Positions 31,254 to 41,955 are shown, counted from the stretch's first letter. The stretch: DNA of 64,000 nt from Deltaproteobacteria bacterium HGW-Deltaproteobacteria-19 (GCA_002841865.1 PHBD01000006.1:112075-176074), one strand, 5' to 3'. Numbers and translations: made by a program. Notes: generated by a model not told the origin, from the letters alone.

Positions 31254-32654
31254 TCAGTTCTCTTTCCGGTATCCCAGGGCGGTGAGCGACCAGGGCGACA
31301 GGACCCGGTCGATCATCTCTTTTCCCAGTTTTTCCTCCAGGAAGGCCCGCATCGTCCGGCTCTCCGAAAGGCCCTGCCTCTCCAGTTCACGGTATTCCCG
31401 GATCAGCTCCGTGGCGCGCTCGTAGCCCAGGTGGGGCACCAGGGCCGTCACCAGCATGGGGCTCCGGTCGAAGGCCCTCCGGCAGGCCTCTTCATCCGCT
31501 TCAATGCCCCGGACGTGCTCCGCCAGGAGCGCATCGGCCCGCGCCAGGAGGTCCAGCGACTCCAGGAAGGCGTCCGCCGCCAGGGGCAGGAATTCACTGA
31601 TCTGGCCGGTGCCTCGGCTCAGGGCGTCGGAGACGATCGCGTCGTTGGCGAAGACCTTGAGACCGACCTGGATCGCCGCCTCCGCCAGGACGGGGTTCAC
31701 CTTGCCCGGCATGATGGACGAGCCCGCCTGGAGGTCCGGCAGGCGGATCTCTCCGAGAAGGTTCAGGAGGCGCAGGTCTCCGGCGATCTTGACGAGGTTG
31801 GCCGCGTGGGCCTTGAGGACGCCCGACACCTCCACGAAGGCGTCCGCGAAGGCCGTCTCGCCCGTCAGGTTCTCTCCCCGGGAGAGGCCCTGTCCCGTCG
31901 TCTCGCGGAGCTTCTCGATGACCAGGAAGATATAGTCCCGTGGGGCCGCGAGCCCCGTGCCCACGGCGGTTCCGCCGAGATTGACCACCCGTAGCCGCTC
32001 TTCCCCCTTGAAGGTGCGCCAGCGGTCCCGGGAAAGCGCCTCGGCGAAAGCGGCGAACTCCGCCCCCAGCGTCATGGGAACCGCCTCCTGCAGCTCCGTT
32101 CGTCCGACCTTTACGATGGCGCCGAAGGCCTTTTCCTTCTCCTGGAAGGCCCCCTGGAGGTCCGCCGCGGCCCGGCTCAGGCTCCGCAGGCCGAAGATCC
32201 CGGCAACCTTCACGGCCGTGGGGTAGGTGTCGTTCGTGGACTGGTGGAGATTGACGTGCTCCAGGGGGTGGACAAGGGCGTAGTCGCCCTTCCGGCCCCC
32301 CAGGATCTCGATGGCCCGGTTGGCCAGGACCTCGTTGACGTTCATGTTCGTGGACGTCCCCGCCCCGCCCTGGAGGGCGTCCACGGGGAACTGGCCGGCA
32401 AGCCCGCCCGCCGCGACCTCGTCGCACGCCTGCTCGATGGCCCGGGCCCTCTCCGCATCCAGGTAACCCAGTTCGGCATTGGCCAGGCAGCAGGCCTTCT
32501 TGACCAGGGCGCAGGCCCGGATCAGCCCGGCGTTGACGCTCCTCCCGGAGAGGGGAAAGTTGCGGACCGCCCGGAGGGTGTGGATTCCCCAGTATGCGTC
32601 CGCCGGAATCTCCAGATCGCCGAGAAGGTCTTTTTCGGTGCGTGTCGGGGTCAT
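31254..32654 (-). CDS. aspA: Aspartate ammonia-lyase-like protein (fumarase/aspartase superfamily)
   Basis: YWGIHTLRA, QGGAGTSTNMNVNEV, QSTNDTYPT, GSSIMPGKVNPV. Confidence 0.85.
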   Translation of the reverse strand: MTPTRTEKDLLGDLEIPADAYWGIHTLRAVRNFPLSGRSVNAGLIRACALVKKACCLANAELGYLDAERARAIEQACDEVAAGGLAGQFPVDALQGGAGTSTNMNVNEVLANRAIEILGGRKGDYALVHPLEHVNLHQSTNDTYPTAVKVAGIFGLRSLSRAAADLQGAFQEKEKAFGAIVKVGRTELQEAVPMTLGAEFAAFAEALSRDRWRTFKGEERLRVVNLGGTAVGTGLAAPRDYIFLVIEKLRETTGQGLSRGENLTGETAFADAFVEVSGVLKAHAANLVKIAGDLRLLNLLGEIRLPDLQAGSSIMPGKVNPVLAEAAIQVGLKVFANDAIVSDALSRGTGQISEFLPLAADAFLESLDLLARADALLAEHVRGIEADEEACRRAFDRSPMLVTALVPHLGYERATELIREYRELERQGLSESRTMRAFLEEKLGKEMIDRVLSPWSLTALGYRKEN

Positions 32655-32762
32655 CGGGTGTCCTCAAACGGGACGGCGTTCGTCTACGCTTTGCGTCTCC
32701 GCCGCCGGCGTCATCTCGTGCAGACTGGCGAAGTCCGCTGCAGGGTCATGGGTCGCCCGTCG

Positions 32763-32791
32763 TTTATATACGAGCGCCCCGCCGCTGTCGA
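32763..32791 (-). promoter_or_regulatory. Sigma70-type promoter upstream of aspA-hydF
   Basis: Minus strand TCGACA-17 nt-TATAAA. Confidence 0.55.
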
Positions 32792-32858
32792 GGGGGGAAT
32801 CGACCCGGAATGATGAACGGAATCGGTGCAGGAGCCGAAGGATGCTGCAGCCGCAGAC

Positions 32859-34889
32859 CTACCGGTAGATCGGCACGCGCATCCGCTCGATCTTCATCTG
32901 CTGCTGGGCGCCGAAGACGTCCGGGCTGCCGGGCGTGCCGGAGATCCGGTCCCGGTAGCGGGAGATCTTGACGGCGAAGCATGGGTCGGCGCGGAAGGTC
33001 CCCATGATGCGGTCTTCCGGCACGCCGAGCGTTTTCGCGATCTCCCCCTTCGTGAAGGCGTTCGACCGGAGGGCCTGCCGGTACTCTTCCTCCGATTTGA
33101 AAAAGACGTCGTAGGTGATCGTGTTGATCCCCGCATCCTTTGAGCGCAGGACCTGGATCATGTCGAGGAGCGGCCGGGATTCGACGGGCTCTCCCGAATG
33201 CGCCACCGGCTCGATGGCGTCCACGCTGCGGTCGTCCAGGCTGCCGGGATAGTCCGTGAGGCCGATCGGCGAGTACGCGGGCCGCATCTCCCGGACCGGG
33301 CTCCAGTCCCGGCCGTTTGCTTCGTACAGACGGATTGGGAACAGGTGCTCCCGGATCGCCTCCTCATTGTTCCAGAGGTGAAAGACGCTCCAGGCATAGC
33401 TGTCGGCTCCTTCCAGGCGGAGGAAGGACGGACGGCCCGGATCGAGGTATGCCTCCGCCTGCTTCAGGTCCTCTTCGTGCCGCCTTGCGGCCTCTTCGGC
33501 GGTCTCCGCAACGGTCTCCAGGAACAGCAGCGGATGCTCCGGGCCGGCGATGATGAAATCGACGGTGCATCCGGCATAGATGTCCGGGTACTCCTCCTGG
33601 GCGAGGGCCAGGATCTTCCGGAAAATGTCTTCCCTCTGCTCGATGAAGCGCGGCTCCCTCGTTCCGGCCAGAACAAGGGCGGTGCATGCGCCATCCGCTT
33701 CCCGGAAGACAACCTCGCTGGGCGACATGGGGAACGCCAGATTGCCCGCCGTCGTGATGCGGCCGGGATACCCGAAGTGCAGCATGAAGCCCTTCAGGAC
33801 CGTGGAAAGCGCCTCGACGCCATCCCTGTCGGTTCCGCTGACCTTGAGCAGGATGCCGATCTCCTGTTCTCCCGGGAGGAGGCGGCTTCGCTCCACGGCG
33901 TTGAGGCCGTAGACAAGGTGGCGGTCGAGAAAGGGATCGCTGGAGAGGGCGGCTTCTCCTTTCAGGGGCAGGAAAGAGACCAGCCGCTTCCCGATTTCCC
34001 GGCTGCCCTCGATTTTCACGGTCAGCGGGCTGTGTGCGAAGGCGGCGTTCCGGATCCCGGCGGTCCGGTCGCTGTCGTTGAAATACTCCGTCCGCTGCAT
34101 GACCAGGACGCCCTCGGGGTAATACTGCAGGCAGGGGTGGCTCTCCTCGTACAGCGCGTGGGCGGCGACGGAATAGACCGTGGCCTTCCGCTCGGGGTTC
34201 GGGGGGATGAAGACGACGCTCCCGTCATCCCGGAACTCCGCGATCAGGTAGTCGCTGGCCGAGCCGGGATCGCAGGCGATGGCGCCACATTCCAGGATGT
34301 GGGCCGCCTGGAAGGCCAGGCCCGGGTCGATCCCGCGCCGGACAGGGTCCGCGGCGAAGATGGACACGTCGCAGGAGCGTCCGCAGAGAACGATCTGCGC
34401 CCCCGCGTCGAGGGCGGTGATGTACGGGGCGATGCCCATCTGGGCGACCAGCCGGCTGTTCCGGACGTCGTCTTCGGCCAGCGCCGGCATGGACCCCAGG
34501 GGCCGCAGCTCGTCGATGCGGCCGATCAGCAGCCCGTTGTCCACGTGCCCGTCCACGACGGCCACCCGGAGGCCCCTCGCGTTCTCCTCCTCGAAGATCT
34601 CCCGGATGAGCTCCAGCATGAAGGCCAGGTGGGGCTCGTCGCCGGCGAGGCCGAGGCTGCCGATGAGGAGCGGACAGTTCATCCGGAGGGCTGCCCGGAG
34701 GAGCAGGGTGAAGTCCCGCTTCAGGGAGGCCGGCTTCATGTAGGATTTCCCCGTCCCCAGGTAATAGGGGCCCGGGTCCATGGAGCCCGCGTCGGCCCCG
34801 ATGAGATCGATCTTCATCTTCATGGCTTCTTCCCAGGAGGATTCGGGGCAGCTGTAGCCCAACTTGGATGCCAGGATGCGGTAGCTCAT
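32859..34889 (-). CDS. AtuA-like (DUF1446) protein fused to a C-terminal DUF4387-like domain
   Basis: N-terminal LGY...GADAGSMDPGPYYLG, VAQMG, GRSCD, AHILECGA, AHALYE. C-terminal LRSKDAGINTITYDVFF...DVFGAQQ. Confidence 0.7.
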   Translation of the reverse strand: MSYRILASKLGYSCPESSWEEAMKMKIDLIGADAGSMDPGPYYLGTGKSYMKPASLKRDFTLLLRAALRMNCPLLIGSLGLAGDEPHLAFMLELIREIFEEENARGLRVAVVDGHVDNGLLIGRIDELRPLGSMPALAEDDVRNSRLVAQMGIAPYITALDAGAQIVLCGRSCDVSIFAADPVRRGIDPGLAFQAAHILECGAIACDPGSASDYLIAEFRDDGSVVFIPPNPERKATVYSVAAHALYEESHPCLQYYPEGVLVMQRTEYFNDSDRTAGIRNAAFAHSPLTVKIEGSREIGKRLVSFLPLKGEAALSSDPFLDRHLVYGLNAVERSRLLPGEQEIGILLKVSGTDRDGVEALSTVLKGFMLHFGYPGRITTAGNLAFPMSPSEVVFREADGACTALVLAGTREPRFIEQREDIFRKILALAQEEYPDIYAGCTVDFIIAGPEHPLLFLETVAETAEEAARRHEEDLKQAEAYLDPGRPSFLRLEGADSYAWSVFHLWNNEEAIREHLFPIRLYEANGRDWSPVREMRPAYSPIGLTDYPGSLDDRSVDAIEPVAHSGEPVESRPLLDMIQVLRSKDAGINTITYDVFFKSEEEYRQALRSNAFTKGEIAKTLGVPEDRIMGTFRADPCFAVKISRYRDRISGTPGSPDVFGAQQQMKIERMRVPIYR

Positions 34890-35109
34890 GATGTCTCCTT
34901 TCGTTTCCCGGTGGCTTGGGTGGATTCACCGTCTATTTTGTCCGAAGGTCCGGCGGGCGGCTGAAAACGGGTCGCCGCTCTTTTTCGAAACGCGGCATGA
35001 AGGTCAGGGATCACGATATAGGACCGTTTGGCGGATTGCGCAACGGGTTTGCGTTCGGGTGTCTCGATGCGCGAGTGGTGTGAAGGAAGCGACCACCGCC
35101 CCGAAGACA

Positions 35110-36093
35110 TCAGGCATCCCCGTAGCCCATCGGATGGGCCTGCCGCCAGAGCCAGGCGCTCTCGATGATGTCCTCCAGGGCGGGGCGCTTCGGCTCCCAG
35201 CCCAGCTCCCTGCGGATTCTTTCGCTCCCGGCCACGAGGATTGCGGGGTCGCCCGGGCGGCGGGGTTCCTCCACAACGGGGACGGGGTGGCCCGTCACGA
35301 GGCGGGCGGCCTCGATGACCTGCCGGACGGAATATCCCTGGCCGTTGCCCAGGTTGTAGCGCAGTGAGCGCCTGCTTTCCAGGGTCTCCAGGGCCAGGAG
35401 GTGTGCGGTGGCCAGATCCTCGACATGGATGTAGTCCCGGATGCAGGTTCCGTCCGGAGTCGGATAGTCCGTCCCGAAGACCTTGATGTGGGGACGCTTT
35501 TCCAGGGCCGTGTCCAGCACCAGAGGGATCAGGTGGGTCTCGGGGTGATGGTCTTCCCCAAGGCGGTCGGAACAGCCGGCGGCATTGAAGTAGCGAAGGG
35601 CGGCATAGCTCAGCCCCCGGTGACGGTTCAGCCAGTCCAGGGTCTGCTCCACCATGAGCTTGGCCTGGCCGTAGGCGTTGGTCGGCCGTTGGGGATGGGC
35701 TTCATCGATGGGAATGTATTGCGGCTCGCCATAGGTGGCGGCGGTGGAGCTGAAGACGAATTTCCCGATCCCCGCCCGGAGCATCGCCTCCAGGAGGATC
35801 ATGGTCCGGGCCGTGTTGTTGACAAAAAATCTCTCCGGGAAGGCCATGGATTCGCCGGCCTCGATATAGGCCGCGAAATGCATCACCGCATCCACCCACC
35901 CCTCGCCGAAGATCCGTGACAGAAGGGCTGCGTCGCCGCAGTCTCCCCGGACGAAGGCCGCCTCGGGGTTTACTGCGATCCGGTGGCCCTTCTCAAGAGT
36001 GTCCAGAACGGTGACCCGGTGCCCTCCCCGGATCAGCAGGTCGACGACATGGCTCCCGATGAATCCGGCTCCGCCGGTGACGAGAATGTGCAT
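35110..36093 (-). CDS. galE: UDP-glucose 4-epimerase
   Basis: [23 protein letters not shown] (YxxxK), [19 protein letters not shown]. Confidence 0.95.
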   Translation of the reverse strand: MHILVTGGAGFIGSHVVDLLIRGGHRVTVLDTLEKGHRIAVNPEAAFVRGDCGDAALLSRIFGEGWVDAVMHFAAYIEAGESMAFPERFFVNNTARTMILLEAMLRAGIGKFVFSSTAATYGEPQYIPIDEAHPQRPTNAYGQAKLMVEQTLDWLNRHRGLSYAALRYFNAAGCSDRLGEDHHPETHLIPLVLDTALEKRPHIKVFGTDYPTPDGTCIRDYIHVEDLATAHLLALETLESRRSLRYNLGNGQGYSVRQVIEAARLVTGHPVPVVEEPRRPGDPAILVAGSERIRRELGWEPKRPALEDIIESAWLWRQAHPMGYGDA

Positions 36094-37151
36094 TCGGATC
36101 TCCCGGTGTAATCCTGCCGCTGCTTATAGTGAACCTCGGAGCATTCCCGAAGCCTGGCCGCAGCCTGCTCCGCCGTCATGTCGCGCCCGGGCATGCCGAG
36201 CATTTCAAAGCCCACCATGAATTTCCGAACCGTGGCGCTCCTCATGAGAGGTGGATAGAAATGAAGGTGGAGCACCCATTCGGGGTGTTCCTCGCCGTCG
36301 AAAGGCGCCTGGTGAAAACCCATGCTGTAGGGGAAGCTGATTTCGAAAAGGTTGTCGTAGCGGGTGGTCAGGCGCTTGAGGAGATCCGCCAGGGCCAGCC
36401 GTTCCGCCGCCTCCAGTTCCGGCAGGCGAGACACGGAGCGGCGGGGGATGAGCAGCGTCTCGAAGGGCCAAAGCGCCCAGAAGGGCACCAGGGCCGTCCA
36501 GTGCTCGTTTCCCGCCACGAGGCGCACGCCGGCGGTCTTTTCCTGGATCAGCACGTCCAGCAGCAGGGGACGGCCGTGCGTCTGAAAATAATCTTGCTGG
36601 CTGAACAACTCCTTGGCGGGTTCCGTGGGAATGTGCTCCGTGGCCCAGATCTGGCTGTGGGGATGGGGATTGGAACAACCCATGATTTCGCCCTTGTTCT
36701 CGAAGATCTGGACGTAACGGATGTACTCCCGCGCGCCCAGGGCGGTGGATTCCCCGGACCAGGCGGCGATGACGGAGTCGATTTCCGCGACGCCGAGTTC
36801 CGGCAGGCTGAGATCGTGGCGGGGGGAAAAACACACGACCCGGCAGACTCCCCCTTCCGCCTCCGCCGACAGCAGGCCGTATTCGTACCGTTCGGGCCTT
36901 CGGTGCAGCCTGGGCAGAAGGGCCGCAAAGTCGTTGTCGAAGGCGAAGGTCCCTTCGTAGGGCGGATTCATGAGGCCTCCCGCCCGGGAGTTGCCGGGGC
37001 AGAGATAGCAATCCGGATCGTAGGCCGGGCGGCCGGCCTCGGGAGTTCGCTCCCGGAGTCCCTGCCAGGGGCGCTGATTGCGATTGGGACTCACCAGGAC
37101 GTATTCGCCGGTCAGGACGTTGAATCGGCGATGGGAACGGTCAGAGAACAT
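36033..37151 (-). CDS. galT: Galactose-1-phosphate uridylyltransferase
   Basis: [36 protein letters not shown]. Confidence 0.96.
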   Translation of the reverse strand: MFSDRSHRRFNVLTGEYVLVSPNRNQRPWQGLRERTPEAGRPAYDPDCYLCPGNSRAGGLMNPPYEGTFAFDNDFAALLPRLHRRPERYEYGLLSAEAEGGVCRVVCFSPRHDLSLPELGVAEIDSVIAAWSGESTALGAREYIRYVQIFENKGEIMGCSNPHPHSQIWATEHIPTEPAKELFSQQDYFQTHGRPLLLDVLIQEKTAGVRLVAGNEHWTALVPFWALWPFETLLIPRRSVSRLPELEAAERLALADLLKRLTTRYDNLFEISFPYSMGFHQAPFDGEEHPEWVLHLHFYPPLMRSATVRKFMVGFEMLGMPGRDMTAEQAAARLRECSEVHYKQRQDYTGRSECTFSSPAEPDSSGAMSSTC

Positions 37152-38368
37152 CAGGTTTCCTCCGTTGTGCCGTCGTCAATGCAGCAGATGTGCATGACGG
37201 GAGATTTTCCCAGGCGGTCGCGAAAAACGGCCGCCATGGTCTCCCGGAAACGGTCCAGGGCGGTTTCTTCCACCAGGTTGATCGTGCAGCCGCCGAAACC
37301 GCCGCCCATCATGCGGCTCCCCAGGACGCCGGGCACATCCATGGCTGCCTCTGCCAGGATGTCGAGTTCCGGGCAGGATACCTCGTAGTCATCCCGCAGC
37401 CCTGCATGGGTGGCGTTCATGAGGGCCCCGACGGTTTTCAGGTCGTCCCTTTGCAAAGCCTCGCAGGCCTCGAGTACACGACGGTTCTCCCCCACGACGT
37501 AGCGGCACCGGCGGTATAAAAGATGATCCATGCGATCCAGGTGATCACGGACTGCCTCCACCATGTCCGGAGTGGCGTCCCGGAGGCTCCATACTTCCGG
37601 ATATGCTTCGGCCAGCACGGTCACACCCACCTCGCACTCTGCATGGCGCACGTTGTACTCACTGTTCCAGAGGCTTCGCTGTACCTGCGAATCGCAGAGC
37701 ACAATCCGTATGTCCGGCCGCGTGAATGGCACATGTTCGAAGTCGTGGGTCCGGCAGTCCAGGCGGATCAGGTGATCCTTCCTGCCGAGCAGGGCGGCGA
37801 ACGGATCCATGATTCCGCAGTCCACGCCCACAAATCGGTTTTCCGCCCGCTGGCAGAGACCGGCCAGGGCCACGGGATCCATACGCAAACCGAAAAGGGT
37901 GTTGAGGGCGAAGGCAAGGCCGCATTCAAGGGCGGCGGAGGAGGACATTCCACTGGCGATGGGGATGTCTCCCCCGAAGGTGCAGTCCACTCCGGGGACT
38001 GCATTTTTACCTTCTGCGGCCAGCTGGGCGTAGATTCCCAGCAGGTAATTGGCCCATCGGGTCTCGGACCGGGAGAGTTTGTCCAGGTTTACGATCAGGG
38101 AGTCATTCAGGTCCACGCTGCAGAAACGGCAGAAGCGGTCCCGGCGGGGGCTCACGGCAAACCAGATGGCCCGGTCCACAGCGCCGGGGAGCGCGAAGCC
38201 CAGGTTATAGTCCGTATGCTCACCGATGAGGTTCACGCGGCCGGGGCTGCGAACCACAAGGGACGGTTCGCCGAAGTGGCGGCGGAAGGCCTCGCGAATT
38301 CGCCCGGGTTGATCCCCGGCGGCCATGGATGGGTGATTCCAGGGAGAGTGGGCCTGAAGCTCCATCAC
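37151..38368 (-). CDS. galK: Galactokinase
   Basis: [41 protein letters not shown]. Confidence 0.96.
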   Translation of the reverse strand: MMELQAHSPWNHPSMAAGDQPGRIREAFRRHFGEPSLVVRSPGRVNLIGEHTDYNLGFALPGAVDRAIWFAVSPRRDRFCRFCSVDLNDSLIVNLDKLSRSETRWANYLLGIYAQLAAEGKNAVPGVDCTFGGDIPIASGMSSSAALECGLAFALNTLFGLRMDPVALAGLCQRAENRFVGVDCGIMDPFAALLGRKDHLIRLDCRTHDFEHVPFTRPDIRIVLCDSQVQRSLWNSEYNVRHAECEVGVTVLAEAYPEVWSLRDATPDMVEAVRDHLDRMDHLLYRRCRYVVGENRRVLEACEALQRDDLKTVGALMNATHAGLRDDYEVSCPELDILAEAAMDVPGVLGSRMMGGGFGGCTINLVEETALDRFRETMAAVFRDRLGKSPVMHICCIDDGTTEET

Positions 38369-39384
38369 CGCATCACCGCCGACTGATTGCGTTGCTTGAA
38401 CTGATCCAGAAGGACGGCGATGATCAGGATGGCGCCCCGGACGACATATTGGTAAAAGGTCTCTACGTTCAAGAGATTGAGAACGTTCTGGACCGTTCCC
38501 ATGATCAGGACGCCTGCCAGAAGGCCTTCGATGGTGGCGATGCCGCCCAGAAGGGAAACGCCTCCTAGAACGCAGGCCGCGATCACGTCCAGCTCCAGCC
38601 CCAGGCCGACGTTGGGCTGTCCGCTCGTCATGCGGGACGACAGGATGACTCCGGCGATTCCGCAGACGAACCCCTGCAGGGTGAACGCCGTGTTTTTCAT
38701 CAGGGAGACGTTGATTCCCGCCAGGCGGGACGCTTCCTTGTTGCCGCCGATGGCCAGGATGTTCTTCCCGTAGGACGTGCTGTTCAGCAGGATTCCGAAC
38801 ACGATGAAAATCAGGATGGTGATCCAGATGGGGTTTGGAATCCCGAAAACCGACTCGTTGCCCAGGGCAAAGAATTCCGGGATGGTGATGCCGATTGCGA
38901 TGCCGTCGGAAACGATCATGGCTCCGCCCCGGACGATCTGCATGGTCGCCAGGGTGCAGATCAGGGGGTTCAGGTTGAAGACGGCGATCAATGTACCGTT
39001 CAGCAGGCCCACGGCCCCCCCGCCGATCACTCCCGCCAGGGCGCCGATATAGACGTCGCCGGTCTGGTTGATGACCGTGGCGGCGATGATGCCGGAAAAC
39101 GCAACAATGGAGCCGACGGAGAGATCCAGGTCACCGGAGGCGAGAATGAACATCATGGTGCAGGCGATCATGCCGATCGTCGTGATGGAAAGGGCCAGGC
39201 CGATCATGTTGCGCAGCGTGAAAAAGTAAGGCACGAACACCGAGCACGCGATGAACATGACGACATAGACCACCACCATTCCGGAATTCGCCCAGATGTT
39301 CTGCAGAAACCGGTTGATCCGCAACTTCTTCAAATCCCATGCGGCCGCCGCTGATTCCGCCTGTTGTTCAACGATTCTGTTCAT
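38365..39384 (-). CDS. araH: Monosaccharide ABC transporter permease (AraH-like)
   Basis: DLDLSVGS, AIGGNKEASRLAGI, ELDVIAACVLGGVSL. Confidence 0.82.
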   Translation of the reverse strand: MNRIVEQQAESAAAAWDLKKLRINRFLQNIWANSGMVVVYVVMFIACSVFVPYFFTLRNMIGLALSITTIGMIACTMMFILASGDLDLSVGSIVAFSGIIAATVINQTGDVYIGALAGVIGGGAVGLLNGTLIAVFNLNPLICTLATMQIVRGGAMIVSDGIAIGITIPEFFALGNESVFGIPNPIWITILIFIVFGILLNSTSYGKNILAIGGNKEASRLAGINVSLMKNTAFTLQGFVCGIAGVILSSRMTSGQPNVGLGLELDVIAACVLGGVSLLGGIATIEGLLAGVLIMGTVQNVLNLLNVETFYQYVVRGAILIIAVLLDQFKQRNQSAVMR

Positions 39385-39401
39385 AAAGCGAATAACCTCG
39401 A

Positions 39402-40904
39402 TTATCCTTTGGGTAATGCCATCGAAAGAAGGGTCTCCTCGCTGACGTCTTTCCGGTCCACTTCACCGACGATGGTGCCGCCGCACATGACCACGACCCG
39501 GTCGGCGACGCTCATCACTTCCGGCAGGCTGCTGGATGCAAAAATGACGGTTTTCCCTTCTTCCGCCAGTCCATACATGATCTGGTAAATCTCGTACTTC
39601 GATCCGACGTCGATGCCGCGGGTCGGCTCGTCCAGCAGAAAGACGTCGACTTTTTCGCTGAGCCACCGCGCCAGGATGGCTTTCTGCTGGTTTCCTCCCG
39701 ACAGGTTGCCGATGAACTGATCTCTCGACGGGGTTCGGATGTGCAGTTTTTCGATGAATCGATCGGCCCCTTCCTGCTCGCATTTTTTATTCAGAAAGAA
39801 ACCGAGTCTCACAAAGTGCCGCCGGGAACTGATGTTGATGTTTTCACTCAGGGACCGGACGGCAATGATTCCCTCGTATTTCCTGTCTTCGGGGCAGAGG
39901 CACAGGCCGTGATCGATCGCGGAAAAGGGGTTTTTTACCGCGACGGGTTTTCCGTCGACGATAATTTCACCGCATCGCTTCTCGATGGCGCCGAAGATGT
40001 TCTTCATCAGCTCCGTGCGCCCCGATCCGCTCAAGCCGAAAAACCCGACAATTTCGCCCCGGGCAGCCGATAATGAAGACTTTTCCCTGATTCCGGGTCC
40101 CTGCAGGTCATTCACTTCAAACAGCGGGGCGCCTTTCTCCCTCGGGCGATAACCGTACATATCCGTGATTTCGCGGCCCACCATCCGCTGAATCAGGATG
40201 TTGTCCGTGATCCCTTCCATTGTCTCGAACGTCTCGATCTTCCGGCCGTCGCGAAAAACGGTGACGGCGTCGCACAGCAGGAAGATCTCTTCCATCCGGT
40301 GCGACACATAGAGAATGGCTTTTCCACGTGCGCGGAGATCCCGGATGATGCGGAAAAGATGTTCCGTTTCCTTCCTGGAGAGCGAACTGGTCGGCTCGTC
40401 AAAGGCGATGATCCAGGCGTCATGAAGGAGTGCTTTCCCGATCTCGACCATCTGCCTCTGCCCGATGGGGAGGTCTTTCACTTTGGTGTCCGGATCGATG
40501 TCCTCCATCAGCTCCCGGATCTGAACCCGGGCTCGCTCCCGGAGGGCTTGTCTGTCCAAAAAGACGCCTCGCCGGGGCCATTTTCCCAGGAGCATGTTTT
40601 CCGCTACCGTCATTTCCGGGACCAGGTTCAGTTCCTGGTAAATGATGGCAACCCCGGCTTCTATTGCGTCGCGGGTTTTTGAAAAGAGCTTTGTCTCACC
40701 ATTGATGACGATTTTTCCTTCCGAGGGGGTGTATGCGCCGCTCAATATCTTCAACAGGGTTGATTTGCCGGCGCCGTTCTCTCCGACCAGGCCGTGTACG
40801 GCTCCTTTTGAGGCGCCGAGCGAAACGTTATCGAGGGCCTTCACTCCGGGAAAGGTTTTCGTGATATTTTGGAACTCCAGAAAACAGTTCATGGCAGTTT
40901 GCAT
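39402..40904 (-). CDS. araG: Monosaccharide ABC transporter ATPase, two NBDs (AraG-like)
   Basis: GENGAGKST, FDEPTSSL, LSGGNQQK, LDEPTRGIDVG. Confidence 0.85.
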   Translation of the reverse strand: MQTAMNCFLEFQNITKTFPGVKALDNVSLGASKGAVHGLVGENGAGKSTLLKILSGAYTPSEGKIVINGETKLFSKTRDAIEAGVAIIYQELNLVPEMTVAENMLLGKWPRRGVFLDRQALRERARVQIRELMEDIDPDTKVKDLPIGQRQMVEIGKALLHDAWIIAFDEPTSSLSRKETEHLFRIIRDLRARGKAILYVSHRMEEIFLLCDAVTVFRDGRKIETFETMEGITDNILIQRMVGREITDMYGYRPREKGAPLFEVNDLQGPGIREKSSLSAARGEIVGFFGLSGSGRTELMKNIFGAIEKRCGEIIVDGKPVAVKNPFSAIDHGLCLCPEDRKYEGIIAVRSLSENINISSRRHFVRLGFFLNKKCEQEGADRFIEKLHIRTPSRDQFIGNLSGGNQQKAILARWLSEKVDVFLLDEPTRGIDVGSKYEIYQIMYGLAEEGKTVIFASSSLPEVMSVADRVVVMCGGTIVGEVDRKDVSEETLLSMALPKG

Positions 40905-40980
40905 CTCGAGGAGAGGACAGAGCCGAAAGATCGCGATTCCGTCCCTCGGCCCTGTGCCGTTTTCATGTCTGACCGTTCTT

Positions 40981-41955
40981 TTACTTGAGGCCCATCAGGC
41001 TTTTGTAGTTCTTCCGGGTCATGACGGTGCCCGCCGTCCAGGTGATTTTCGGGGGCTCTTTCCCGTCCCGGATCCAGAGAAACATGCTTTTGGCCGTGTC
41101 GTAACCGTGCTGCCTGGCGTTGAGCAGAATCGTCGCGATGAATGCCGTTTTGTTTTTCTTCTGGAACTCCGCAACCGCTTCCGTTCCGTTGATCCCGACG
41201 CCGATTGCGCTGTCGGCGCGGAACCTGTGTCCTTCCAGGGCCCGAATCGCCCCCAGCACCGAATTGTCGTTCCCTCCCACGACGATCCAGAGGGTGATGT
41301 CCGGGTGTTTGGTTATGGTGATGTTTGCGGCATTGAAGCTCCCTTCGACGTCGAGGGTTTTCATGGGTGAATCGAAGATTCGCGCTTTCGGAAGGCCGGC
41401 GGCGAGGAGGGCTGCGGTGGCGCCATCCGTCCGCTCTTTGATGGTGGGAAGGGAATCGAAGCTCATCCGCAGAAAACCAACGTTCTTCAGGTTCCAGCCG
41501 CGTGCCTTTGCCTCATTGACGATGGTCCGGCCCGCCAGCGAGCCGATGTTTGAGGCGGAGATCCCGACATGATGGACGTCTTCCATGACTGCACCCTTCG
41601 GGCCGATGAAGCGGTCGTCAACGCTCATCAGTTTCAGGCGGTTCGCCCGGGCCTTGGCCGCGATGGCCGGACCGAGCTTCACGTCGGGGGTGCAGATGAT
41701 GAAACCCCTCGCGCCCTGGATCGCCAGGTTGTCGATCCCGTTCAGGACCTTTTCCCCGTCGGTTCCGCCAATTTTGATGACGTCGAAACCGAACTGGCGG
41801 GCTGCCTGGTCTGAATACTTCCATTCGTCCTGGAACCAGGATTCGTCGGGCTGTTTGACGATGAAGCCGATTTTGATCCGCTCGGCAGCAGAGACGGAGG
41901 AGACAATCGACAATACGCAAAGCCATACGGTCAGATAAACCAGCACTCTTTTCAT
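40981..41955 (-). CDS. araF: L-arabinose/D-galactose-binding periplasmic protein (AraF-like)
   Basis: Signal peptide; IGFIVKQPDESWFQDEW, DGEKVLNGIDNL, GFIICTPDVKLG, VDD, close to E. coli AraF as recalled. Confidence 0.85.
   Translation of the reverse strand: MKRVLVYLTVWLCVLSIVSSVSAAERIKIGFIVKQPDESWFQDEWKYSDQAARQFGFDVIKIGGTDGEKVLNGIDNLAIQGARGFIICTPDVKLGPAIAAKARANRLKLMSVDDRFIGPKGAVMEDVHHVGISASNIGSLAGRTIVNEAKARGWNLKNVGFLRMSFDSLPTIKERTDGATAALLAAGLPKARIFDSPMKTLDVEGSFNAANITITKHPDITLWIVVGGNDNSVLGAIRALEGHRFRADSAIGVGINGTEAVAEFQKKNKTAFIATILLNARQHGYDTAKSMFLWIRDGKEPPKITWTAGTVMTRKNYKSLMGLK

Noticed and set aside
32687-32700. GACGCAAAGC on the minus strand, a c-di-GMP-I core string
   Set aside because: The upstream GGCAAACC-GNRA stem is absent; an isolated 10-mer.
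36033-36112. 61-nt overlap of galT with galE as a possible frameshift
   Set aside because: The GalT core is complete up to VHYK; a short C-terminal run-on explains the overlap and both genes look intact.
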